From positions 1 through 42,740 of the forward strand of contig CADCNZ010000089.1 of the NCBI GenBank assembly GCA_902802935.1: a stretch of 42,740 nucleotides of DNA, written 5' to 3'. Of this stretch, positions 8,777-16,928 are shown one piece after another. Below the pieces are notes generated by a model that did no database searches, had not been told where the DNA came from, and was given only the letters and a program-made list of their open reading frames with translations. Position numbers and translations under genes: made by a program. Origin of the DNA: an uncultured bacterium. Lineage in GTDB: Bacteria; Cyanobacteriota; Vampirovibrionia; Gastranaerophilales; Gastranaerophilaceae. Each line of letters begins with the position of its first letter. Positions within the stretch are counted from its first letter, which is position 1.

Positions 8777-10519
8777 TTAAATCAATTGCAATGCAATACT
8801 TGGAGTTTGGTTAGCAGTTGCAAGCAGTGTTGCTGATGCTTGCTGAAGTATCTGCTGCCTAATGTATTCTGAAGATACCTGCGCAATATCCGCATCACGT
8901 AAAGTAGAACGTGAAGATGTCAGATTGTCTATGGATACACCGATTGAATCAAGAGCAGATTCAAGACGGTTATATGCAGAGCCAAGTTGAGTCTGTTTTT
9001 CGGAGACTTGAGATAGTAAATCATCAATTTTTCCGAGCGCGCTTCGCGCGCCTTCACTAGTCGAAACATTTATATACATTTCAACACTAAACCCTGTATC
9101 AATAGCTATTCGTGAATTGCCATCACCTGTAATCCCTACTTGAAGAGTACGTTCATTTAATTCCGGTGCATCCGGATTAGTAAGACTGCCCTGATATTCA
9201 CCCTGCACAGCAGGCACATTTGAACTTCCGGTATAGAGGGAATTATTTATTGTGAGATTTAGTCCGGATACATCTTCCCCTATTATATCTGCATACGTTT
9301 GCGGTGTAAAGCTTAACCCTGCTGCTCTATCAAGCGCACTAACCACTTCTCCTGATGCATAACAATTTGTGATTGAACCTGATATTCCGCCCATTATACC
9401 GCCTGCTACACAAAGATAAGATCCATATTCACAATTATTCTTGACTTTCCCTTTTGAAAAAGAATTTGATATATCAACATCAGCTAATGTACGATCGTAG
9501 TTCGTATAAATGCCAGCTCCTATCAAACCGCCACAAGCAAGCCAAGCGCTCGCATCTATATCTATATCAGACCAGCAGTATTCCATCTCACCAGTCATAG
9601 CTCCGACTAACCCGCCAGTGAAATATGATTCACCCCTAATAGAACCTCCATCTGCGTAGCAATTGCTCACCATTAGATTCTCCCCCATCAATACTAGCGG
9701 AGAATCACCATCTGTTATATTAGTATTGATTAACCCGAGATTTTTTATTGTTGAATTTTCAACATCACCGAACAAACCGCCGTTCAAATTTGATATAGTA
9801 TGACCGTTACCGTCAAAAGTTGCATTTTTAAAACCTGTAGACAATAATGAGCCTCTTTGAATGGATTCTCCCGCCATATCAATATCTGCCCCAAGAATAA
9901 ATGTACCGCCATCTATTGGATCCATATCTGACAATCTGAGCAAATCAGCTTTTGATGTTATTGCATATGTGCCAGAAGAAATTGACCTAACACTTCCATC
10001 CAACTCTGATACTCTTGTATATCCCGACACATCAATTTCTTGTACATCTTTAAGAAAGCCTTTTGAATTAGGTATCAAAGTTTCCACAGGAGATTTTGAA
10101 GCTCCCTCAAAAAGTTGAATTCCGTTATACTCAGTATTTGCAATTATACGTCTTATTTCAGTCATACGTGCATCTGCTTCGTTCTGAATAGCCTGCAAAG
10201 ATTGAGCACCGTATGTTCCGTTAGCAGCTTGTTCTGCCAAATCTCTTATACGCTGAAGATGAGTTGAGATTAGGTCTAAGCTATCCGCTGCAGTTGATAT
10301 CAAATCCATTCCCATTGCACTATTTTCTTGTGCTACCTCATATGAAGACAGTTTAGATGACATATTTCGTGCAATTGAATAATTGGCAGCATTGTCACTT
10401 GCACGGTTAATTTTATACCCTGTCGTCATACGCTCTATAGCTGTATTGAGAGCGTTTGTGGATTTGTTTAGATTCGATTGAACTATAAGTGATTGGAGGT
10501 TTGTATTTATACTAAGCAT
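8777..10519 (-). CDS. fliC: Flagellin with large GLUG-like insert in the hypervariable region
   Basis: N-terminal SINTN..ERMTTGYKINRASDNAA..LQRIRDLAEQAANG; C-terminal LGSAYNRLES..SRSTLRDADIA..QILQQA; GGAGGTG RBS before ATG 10519. Confidence 0.92.
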   Translation of the reverse strand: MLSINTNLQSLIVQSNLNKSTNALNTAIERMTTGYKINRASDNAANYSIARNMSSKLSSYEVAQENSAMGMDLISTAADSLDLISTHLQRIRDLAEQAANGTYGAQSLQAIQNEADARMTEIRRIIANTEYNGIQLFEGASKSPVETLIPNSKGFLKDVQEIDVSGYTRVSELDGSVRSISSGTYAITSKADLLRLSDMDPIDGGTFILGADIDMAGESIQRGSLLSTGFKNATFDGNGHTISNLNGGLFGDVENSTIKNLGLINTNITDGDSPLVLMGENLMVSNCYADGGSIRGESYFTGGLVGAMTGEMEYCWSDIDIDASAWLACGGLIGAGIYTNYDRTLADVDISNSFSKGKVKNNCEYGSYLCVAGGIMGGISGSITNCYASGEVVSALDRAAGLSFTPQTYADIIGEDVSGLNLTINNSLYTGSSNVPAVQGEYQGSLTNPDAPELNERTLQVGITGDGNSRIAIDTGFSVEMYINVSTSEGARSALGKIDDLLSQVSEKQTQLGSAYNRLESALDSIGVSIDNLTSSRSTLRDADIAQVSSEYIRQQILQQASATLLATANQTPSIALQLI

Positions 10520-10725
10520 AAACACCTCCAAACAAGGCTTGTAGACCTGCCCCACTCCCAGAAAGCGCGACTACATAAGGGTTTGACAATGCCAAACAAC
10601 CTTTCTTGCATTCTATTTTTCCTATCAAACGAACGTAACATGTCTGTCCTTAGATAATTTGTACAAATCCTTACATGTCATACATTCCACATGTATAACA
10701 TATTGTAACGACTTTATTTATAATT

Positions 10726-10743
10726 GTTACATTTATTTACACA
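10726..10743 (-). promoter_or_regulatory. HLR1-like direct repeat (GTTACATT-ta-TTTACACA on + strand)
   Basis: One mismatch to KTTACAWW-N2-KTTACAWW, in the divergent fliC/prs intergenic region. Confidence 0.45.
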
Positions 10744-10872
10744 ATATCAAAAAAATTTTTTACCATTTTTATCTATAATATGCTTAATATTTTGTAAAAA
10801 AGCCTTTTTTTAATTAAATATTAGGTATAAAATAATATTATTCATCTATCACAAAATGAAAGGAATTACCAA

Positions 10873-11883
10873 ATGGTACTGGAAATGACCTATCCACAGC
10901 TTGAAAAAGCTGTTAATCCGACTCACGATATAAAGCTTTTTGCCGGACGTTCAAACCCTAAGTTGGCGCAAGAAATTGCAGATTATTTGGGTACGACAGT
11001 CGGTCCTATGGTCATAAAAAACTTTGCGGACGGAGAAATTTACGTTCAAGTAAAAGAAAGTATCAGAGGTGATGATGTTTTCTTAATCCAACCGCTTTGC
11101 AATCCTGTTAATGAAAATTTGGTTGAGCTTTTAATCATGATAGATGCTTTCAAACGTGCAAGCGCAAAAAGTATAACTGCCGTTATTCCATATTATGGAT
11201 ATGCCCGTCAGGATAGAAAAACTTCCGGTCGTGAAGCAATTACCGCTAAATTGGTAGCAGATTTATTAACCACAGCAGGCACAGACAGAGTGCTCGCTAT
11301 GGACTTACATACAGGTCAAATTCAAGGTTTCTTTAACATTCTTGTTGACCACATTTTTGCAGCTCCTATCATAGTTGACTATATCAAAAGCCTTGGCATA
11401 AAACCCGAAGATATGGTTGCAGTGAGCCCTGATATGGGTGGTGCAAACAGAACAAGATATTTTGCAAAAAAACTAGATTGCCCTATGGCCATTATTGATA
11501 AGCGCAGAGATAAACACAACGAAGCCATTGCCGCACATATTATTGGTGATGTCGAAAATAAAGTTTGTCTAATGTTTGACGATATTATTGATACAGCAGG
11601 CACTATTTGTGAAGCTTCAAAATTATTGAAAAGCAAAGGAGCTAAAAAGGTATTCGTAGGAGCTACGCACGCAGTATTTTCAGGTCCTGCTATTGATAGA
11701 CTTAAAAACGCTCCTATAGAAGAGTGTATTGTTACAAACACAATTCCTTGGGCTAAAGAAGATTTACCCGATAACGTGAAACAACTTTCTGTAGCTCCTT
11801 TATTAGGACAAGCAATATCAAGAATCCACGACGACGAATCTGTAAGCTCTTTATTCGGATTTGAAAAAGAAATGAAAGTCTAA
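10873..11883 (+). CDS. prs: Ribose-phosphate pyrophosphokinase
   Basis: FADGE, PYYGYARQDRK, MDLH..QIQGFF, VSPD.GG, DDIIDTAGT. Confidence 0.96.
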   Translation: MVLEMTYPQLEKAVNPTHDIKLFAGRSNPKLAQEIADYLGTTVGPMVIKNFADGEIYVQVKESIRGDDVFLIQPLCNPVNENLVELLIMIDAFKRASAKSITAVIPYYGYARQDRKTSGREAITAKLVADLLTTAGTDRVLAMDLHTGQIQGFFNILVDHIFAAPIIVDYIKSLGIKPEDMVAVSPDMGGANRTRYFAKKLDCPMAIIDKRRDKHNEAIAAHIIGDVENKVCLMFDDIIDTAGTICEASKLLKSKGAKKVFVGATHAVFSGPAIDRLKNAPIEECIVTNTIPWAKEDLPDNVKQLSVAPLLGQAISRIHDDESVSSLFGFEKEMKV

Positions 11884-11886
11884 ATT

Positions 11887-12105
11887 TTATATATCTTTTA
11901 TTAGAGTGTCTATATCAACATCCAAAACATTAGCTATATCTAATAATTTTAGTATCGTTGGATTAATTTTACCGGTTTCTATTAAGCTTATAGAATTTCT
12001 TGAAATATTTGCAAGCTCTGCAAGACGCTCTTGAGATATATTTTTTCTTAATCTCTCGCTTTTGATATTAATTCCTAAATTTTTCAATCTATTTTTATCA
12101 GACAT
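11887..12105 (-). CDS. XRE/Cro-family helix-turn-helix regulator
   Basis: SQERLAELANISRNSISLIETGKINPT. Confidence 0.88.
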   Translation of the reverse strand: MSDKNRLKNLGINIKSERLRKNISQERLAELANISRNSISLIETGKINPTILKLLDIANVLDVDIDTLIKDI

Positions 12106-12200
12106 AGTTATATTTTCTTGTATTATTTATCGTTTTACTATATAATATATTTTATTTTTGAATATTATTATGTGCAAGAAAACACATGTCTTACATTTAC

Positions 12201-12229
12201 AAAAAGAGCTGATGATATTCAGCCCTTTT
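12201..12229. terminator. Intrinsic terminator hairpin
   Basis: aaaagagctga/tcagccctttt with T-runs on both strands. Confidence 0.65.
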
Positions 12230-12385
12230 ATTATATAAGGGCAGATTACAATCTGCCCCTTACCGCGTTATACCTCATAGGATAAACCTATAAAACCCCG
12301 TTTTAAGGTGGGTAGCGCAGTACTTACATTATTAATATAAAAGATTTGAACTGCTTTTTCATTAGACTTTAGGCTAACAATAGTT
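12201..12385 (-). ncRNA. Candidate structured RNA / leader containing a 12-codon micro-ORF (12324-12362)
   Basis: Locally GC-rich nested stems, perfect hairpin gggcagatt-ac-aatctgccc, TATAAC -10-like box upstream, terminator at the end. Confidence 0.4.
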
Positions 12386-12401
12386 ATACTTTTCAGCTAT
12401 T

Positions 12402-12438
12402 AAAAAAGTAGTATTTGAAAATTCAAATACTACTTTTT
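12402..12438 (-). terminator. Intrinsic terminator of the TPR/matrixin-like gene
   Basis: Perfect inverted repeat aaaaagtagtatttgaa/ttcaaatactacttttt. Confidence 0.8.
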
Positions 12439-12459
12439 GTTTTATTTTATTTTTGGTAA

Positions 12460-13686
12460 TTATTCTTCTGAACCAGCTGTTTTACCGTATTTTCTTATAG
12501 TAGAATTTAGCAGATTTTCATGATGCTTATCTCTGTATATTTGACACAACAATTTGTATGCGTGTTTGTTATACGGATTTTGCTTTAATATTGTTTCTAG
12601 TTGTTCTACTGCAGAATTTGTACGTTTTGTATAATAATCTATCAAAGCAGGAAGAACATCTGTCAAATCATTTGTATCTGTTGCTATTGCAATCTCTGCA
12701 CAACTTTTTGCATTTGCATATTCTTCTGCGTCAAGATACATAACTGCAACTTCATAATATACTTCTGATTTGCTTCTTCTATCGCTTTTCATTTGTGCAA
12801 CAGCTTGATATTCTTTAGCTGCCTTATCATATTCTGCACGTCTTCTGTATTGTTCTGCCAATGCTAAATGAGTAGCAATATCTCCTGCAACAACTTCGTC
12901 AAGATTCTTTGTATCGTTTGTTACAGGAACATTCAATGTTGAAAGAATCTCTGAAACTGTAAACAATTGTGCTTGCTCATCTGCTGTCAACGGAACATTT
13001 GTTACATCGGGTTTTACTGAATAAACAAGCCCTAATGTTTTTAAATCACGAGCTGTAATTTCAGTGTTAAATTTAGTTCCAATCGGATACATAACATCAT
13101 ATATACTTGTGCTCTTTCCTGTTAAACCTAACGAATGTCCTATTTCTTGCAGAGCTGATGAAAATAACTGTTTTGAATCTAAACTGTGATTCTTTTCATC
13201 TGTTTTATTAAATGTAATGGTAGAATCAACTATTTTTCCGCCGTTAATTGTAAATGCGTGAACACCTATTGATCTTTTGTTATCTGTATTTTTAAAGTAG
13301 CATTTCATATCTGCATCAGAAGCTGATTCAACAAAATCAAATTTCACAAGTCCTTCGCTTGCTCTTTCCCAAGCTTTGTATGCACTCATAACAACTTCTC
13401 TGTAATAACCAGGTACATCCGGAGAATCTTGTACGTACACCTGAAGAGGGAATGTTGATTTATTCCATCTTATTATCTTACCGCTTGATGCAACACTTCT
13501 GAAATAACTGTCTATAACCGCAGCCTTGATAGTTTTTTCACTCATTGATTTGTCATAACCAAGTGTTATTGCGTATGAATTTTTAAACATAAATTCAGGA
13601 GATTTTTTCTCTATATTATTGTTAATATTTAATAAAGATGCAGCTCCTGCCGCAATAATAAATGTGCAAATTACAATCTTTTTCAT
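12460..13686 (-). CDS. Exported matrixin (M10)-like domain + TPR protein with degenerate zinc-binding motif
   Basis: N-terminal hydrophobic signal, RW...PL.VY, QEIGHSLGL, Met-turn DVMYP, C-terminal TPR-like helices. Confidence 0.8.
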   Translation of the reverse strand: MKKIVICTFIIAAGAASLLNINNNIEKKSPEFMFKNSYAITLGYDKSMSEKTIKAAVIDSYFRSVASSGKIIRWNKSTFPLQVYVQDSPDVPGYYREVVMSAYKAWERASEGLVKFDFVESASDADMKCYFKNTDNKRSIGVHAFTINGGKIVDSTITFNKTDEKNHSLDSKQLFSSALQEIGHSLGLTGKSTSIYDVMYPIGTKFNTEITARDLKTLGLVYSVKPDVTNVPLTADEQAQLFTVSEILSTLNVPVTNDTKNLDEVVAGDIATHLALAEQYRRRAEYDKAAKEYQAVAQMKSDRRSKSEVYYEVAVMYLDAEEYANAKSCAEIAIATDTNDLTDVLPALIDYYTKRTNSAVEQLETILKQNPYNKHAYKLLCQIYRDKHHENLLNSTIRKYGKTAGSEE

Positions 13687-13746
13687 TTTTTAAGAGACCT
13701 CATTTTTATGTATTAACATTTTCATTATATTATAAAAACCGTAAAA

Positions 13747-14196
13747 TTAAATTTTTGCGTTTACAAAATTATATTTTCTAAAAGACGATACTAAGGAATA
13801 TGTCTTGAGTGCAGAATAAAGTTTAGCAGCTTTTGAATCTGACATTCCGCTCTCTCGCATTTTTTCAATAAATTTTTTTGCACCGGCAATTTTTTCTTCG
13901 TCTTTTTCAAAAATATTATTTATATAGTTTTGAAATTTATCAGCAGATTTATTACCGTATTTTGAATCCATAACAAGTCTGTATGTATTCAAATCTGAAT
14001 ATTCTTTCAAAGATATTTCATATTCTCCGTTTTTTAACTTTTGTAACGTTGTTGAATCAAGAACTGTTGGGAGATTTGCCATTTGTTCATTTATATTCTG
14101 CAAGCGTTCAGAAGCAATTATATCTTTATTTTTTGATGAAGACTGATTTAGTATGTCCTCCAATATTTTGGAACTTACACTTGAAATTTCTACCAT
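13747..14196 (-). CDS. Hypothetical protein
   Basis: Open frame; AGGA-containing RBS before ATG 14196. Confidence 0.65.
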   Translation of the reverse strand: MVEISSVSSKILEDILNQSSSKNKDIIASERLQNINEQMANLPTVLDSTTLQKLKNGEYEISLKEYSDLNTYRLVMDSKYGNKSADKFQNYINNIFEKDEEKIAGAKKFIEKMRESGMSDSKAAKLYSALKTYSLVSSFRKYNFVNAKI

Positions 14197-14311
14197 ATTC
14201 CTAATCCTTATGCCGCAATTATACAATAGACCTTAATAAAACACAATGTTTTAATAATAAACTTGCAAGATTCTATTTTTTAAGTTAAACTTTAAACATT
14301 AAGGAGGATAT

Positions 14312-14440
14312 ATGCACGAGTATGTATTCAAAATGAAAAAAGGGGATATTGAAATTGAACTGAAGTCTGACGACTTGGAATTTGTTGAGGAGCAGCTTAA
14401 CAAATGGCGTGACGAACTTCTTCAAGACAATGCAAAATAG
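14312..14440 (+). CDS. Unannotated 42-aa protein, paralogous to the N-terminus of the next gene
   Basis: AAGGAGG RBS; MHEYVFKMKKGDIEIELKSDDLEFVEEQLNKWRDELLQDNAK. Confidence 0.82.
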   Translation: MHEYVFKMKKGDIEIELKSDDLEFVEEQLNKWRDELLQDNAK

Positions 14441-14452
14441 GTCTAATTCAAT

Positions 14453-15175
14453 ATGTCAACATATTCATTTAAAATTACAAAAGGTAAATACCAGCTTTCA
14501 CTAACAACTACTGACCGAGATATGGTAGTCGATCAGTTTGCGTTGTGGGTAAATAAGGCCTCTTCATACGCATCCAAGAGTACCGGACGCGAAGGACGCG
14601 AAATCTTAAATTCCAGAATTGATACAGAAAAAGAAATTACGCAGAGAAGAATTGATGAACAATTAAAAAGGAATCCGCTTCCGGAGCCTGTTGAAAATGC
14701 AGAACCACAAATTCAGCAAGAAAAAGCAAATGACTTAGATGTGTTTTATGCTCCAAAAACAGAACAGGAAGCAGAAAACAAACAACCTTCATCCGGAAAT
14801 GCAGATTTCGAAAACATATTGGATAAATCTATACAAACACCGCAAACAGAGCTTTCTTTTAAGCCAAGCCCTTCAATAAAAAAGGACAATGCTTTTTTGA
14901 ATTATATCGGCACACGCAAAATAGAAAGAAAAATTGATTATTTACTTTTGACAGCATATTATTTTACACAATATGAGCAGAAACCAAGATTTACACTAAA
15001 ACAACTGAACGCAAAATTGATGCAAAATTTGGCTGTAATACTTGATCACAGTGTTTTGCAAGAAGCAATCAACAGAGACTACATAGAATGTTTACCTGAT
15101 TTAACAGGGGTTATTGGCGCCTCTGAGTACAGATTAACCGCATACGGTGAAAAAATACTGCTTGAAGAAGGCTAG
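14453..15175 (+). CDS. Hypothetical protein: small N-domain, low-complexity linker, winged-helix-like C-terminus
   Basis: 240-aa ORF; C-terminal YLLLTAYYF...YRLTAYGE pattern. Confidence 0.75.
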   Translation: MSTYSFKITKGKYQLSLTTTDRDMVVDQFALWVNKASSYASKSTGREGREILNSRIDTEKEITQRRIDEQLKRNPLPEPVENAEPQIQQEKANDLDVFYAPKTEQEAENKQPSSGNADFENILDKSIQTPQTELSFKPSPSIKKDNAFLNYIGTRKIERKIDYLLLTAYYFTQYEQKPRFTLKQLNAKLMQNLAVILDHSVLQEAINRDYIECLPDLTGVIGASEYRLTAYGEKILLEEG

Positions 15176-15264
15176 CATATATTTATTTGTATAAAACCTG
15201 TTATACTACCCTCTTTACATAATCATGCATTAATAGTATGATTGTAATAGATTCGGAGGAGATT

Positions 15265-16599
15265 TTGACAGAGAAATTTAGGATATTAGGCGGAGAAACT
15301 CTAAAAGGAGAAGTATCTGTTGGCGGAGCTAAAAACTCAGTATTAAAGCTTATTGCGGCTACCATACTCGTAAAAGGAGCTACAAAAATTTATAATGTAC
15401 CGCATCTTACAGATGTAGATATTATGCTTAATGTAATATCGGATCTTGGTGCACACTGTACCTATGACAGAGAAGAACAATCAGTTATCATAGACGCACA
15501 CAATATCTCTTCTATCACTGCAAAGTACGAATTAGTTAGCAAAATGCGAGCTTCCTTTATTATACTCGGCGCACTAATGTCACGTTGCAAAGAGGCTATT
15601 GTAGCCCTTCCCGGCGGATGTGCCATTGGTGAACGCAGGGTAGACTTTCACATTAAAGGTCTTGAAGCTTTAGGTGCAAAAATCAAGATTGAAAATGGAT
15701 ATGTTCACGCTAAAGCATCTAAACTTGTAGGAACAGATATTTATCTTGATATACCGTCTGTTGGTGCAACAGAGAATCTTATGCTTGCTTCTGTGACAGC
15801 AGAAGGTTCAACAAGAATACAGAATGCTGCACAAGAACCTGAAATCGTTGATTTGGCGAATTTTTTAAACACTCTTGGTGCTGATATTGTTGGTGCCGGC
15901 ACCTCTGAAATAATTATAAACGGGGTTAAACTTGACAGCCTGCATCCTGCTGAATATACTACTATCCCTGACAGAATTGAAGCCGGTACATTTATGGCAG
16001 CTATTGTTGCAACAAAAGGTAAGGCAATTATTAAAAATGTTTATCCTGCACATTTAACATTTTTTAACGATAAATTGATTAAAATGGGAGCAAGTATTAA
16101 ACTTGTTGAACCAACCACAATAGAAGTAAGCTGCAGAAACCGGTTCAATTCTCTTAATTTTGTAACTCAACCATATCCGGGATTCCCGACTGATTTACAA
16201 GCTATTGCTATGACTCTATTAACAACTTCCAACGGTGTGGGAATAATAACGGAAAGCTTATACGAAAATAGGTTTATGCAAGTCCCTGACCTCAGAAGAA
16301 TGGGGGCTGATATTCACCAAGACAGGAATCACGCTATTGTAAAAGGGGTTAAAAATCTAACAGGTGCAACTGTTGCTGCCAGCGACCTAAGGGCGGGCGC
16401 GGCTCTTGTTATTGCCGGATTGATGGCAAACGGTGAAACTATTGTAGAAAAATTACACCACATTGATAGAGGTTACGAAGATTTTGAATACAAACTTGCT
16501 AATTTGGGAGCTAAAATCAAAAGATTTGATGATGTATCTTTTAACGGAAATTCTGCAGATACCGCATCTTCTATTATTAATATAAAAGGAGGGGTATAA
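15265..16599 (+). CDS. murA: UDP-N-acetylglucosamine 1-carboxyvinyltransferase
   Basis: GAKNS, MRAS, LPGGCAIG.R (Cys type), SVGATEN, PDRIEAGT, PGFPTDLQ, DLRAGAAL; GGAGGA RBS favours TTG 15265. Confidence 0.96.
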   Translation: MTEKFRILGGETLKGEVSVGGAKNSVLKLIAATILVKGATKIYNVPHLTDVDIMLNVISDLGAHCTYDREEQSVIIDAHNISSITAKYELVSKMRASFIILGALMSRCKEAIVALPGGCAIGERRVDFHIKGLEALGAKIKIENGYVHAKASKLVGTDIYLDIPSVGATENLMLASVTAEGSTRIQNAAQEPEIVDLANFLNTLGADIVGAGTSEIIINGVKLDSLHPAEYTTIPDRIEAGTFMAAIVATKGKAIIKNVYPAHLTFFNDKLIKMGASIKLVEPTTIEVSCRNRFNSLNFVTQPYPGFPTDLQAIAMTLLTTSNGVGIITESLYENRFMQVPDLRRMGADIHQDRNHAIVKGVKNLTGATVAASDLRAGAALVIAGLMANGETIVEKLHHIDRGYEDFEYKLANLGAKIKRFDDVSFNGNSADTASSIINIKGGV

Positions 16600-16928
16600 T
16601 GAGTCCTGCATATAAAAGATGGTATGACCATGATCCTAAGCTTTTAGAAGTTATAGAATTACTTAAAAATTATCAGGATGAACTTAGAGAACATGCTGTA
16701 GTTTTTTTGGATAAACTGGAACAAAAGGTTTCCAAAGAAGCGTTAGATAGATTTTATGACTTAGTCAAACCGGTAAATGGCTCAAGATGGTATGACAAAG
16801 ACCCTATAATATCAAAAACCGTTGAAATATTAAGAGTTGTTCCGCCTGAAGTTCAGGGTGCTTGTGCAGAGAGATTTATTGCCGCATTGAAAGATATGGG
16901 CATTGCTTATGAAAGCCCTAATTCATGA
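16599..16928 (+). CDS. Hypothetical protein with two RWYD.DP repeats
   Basis: AGGAGG RBS, TAATG overlap with murA and ATGA overlap with mfd. Confidence 0.8.
   Translation: MSPAYKRWYDHDPKLLEVIELLKNYQDELREHAVVFLDKLEQKVSKEALDRFYDLVKPVNGSRWYDKDPIISKTVEILRVVPPEVQGACAERFIAALKDMGIAYESPNS

Noticed and set aside
10520..10800. sigma28 promoter or c-di-GMP riboswitch for flagellin
   Set aside because: No TAAA-N15-GCCGATA match and no GEMM/c-di-GMP-II consensus recognised
12304..12320. T-box-like AAGGTGGGTAGCGC
   Set aside because: Imperfect match, no recognisable stem I and no plus-strand gene downstream
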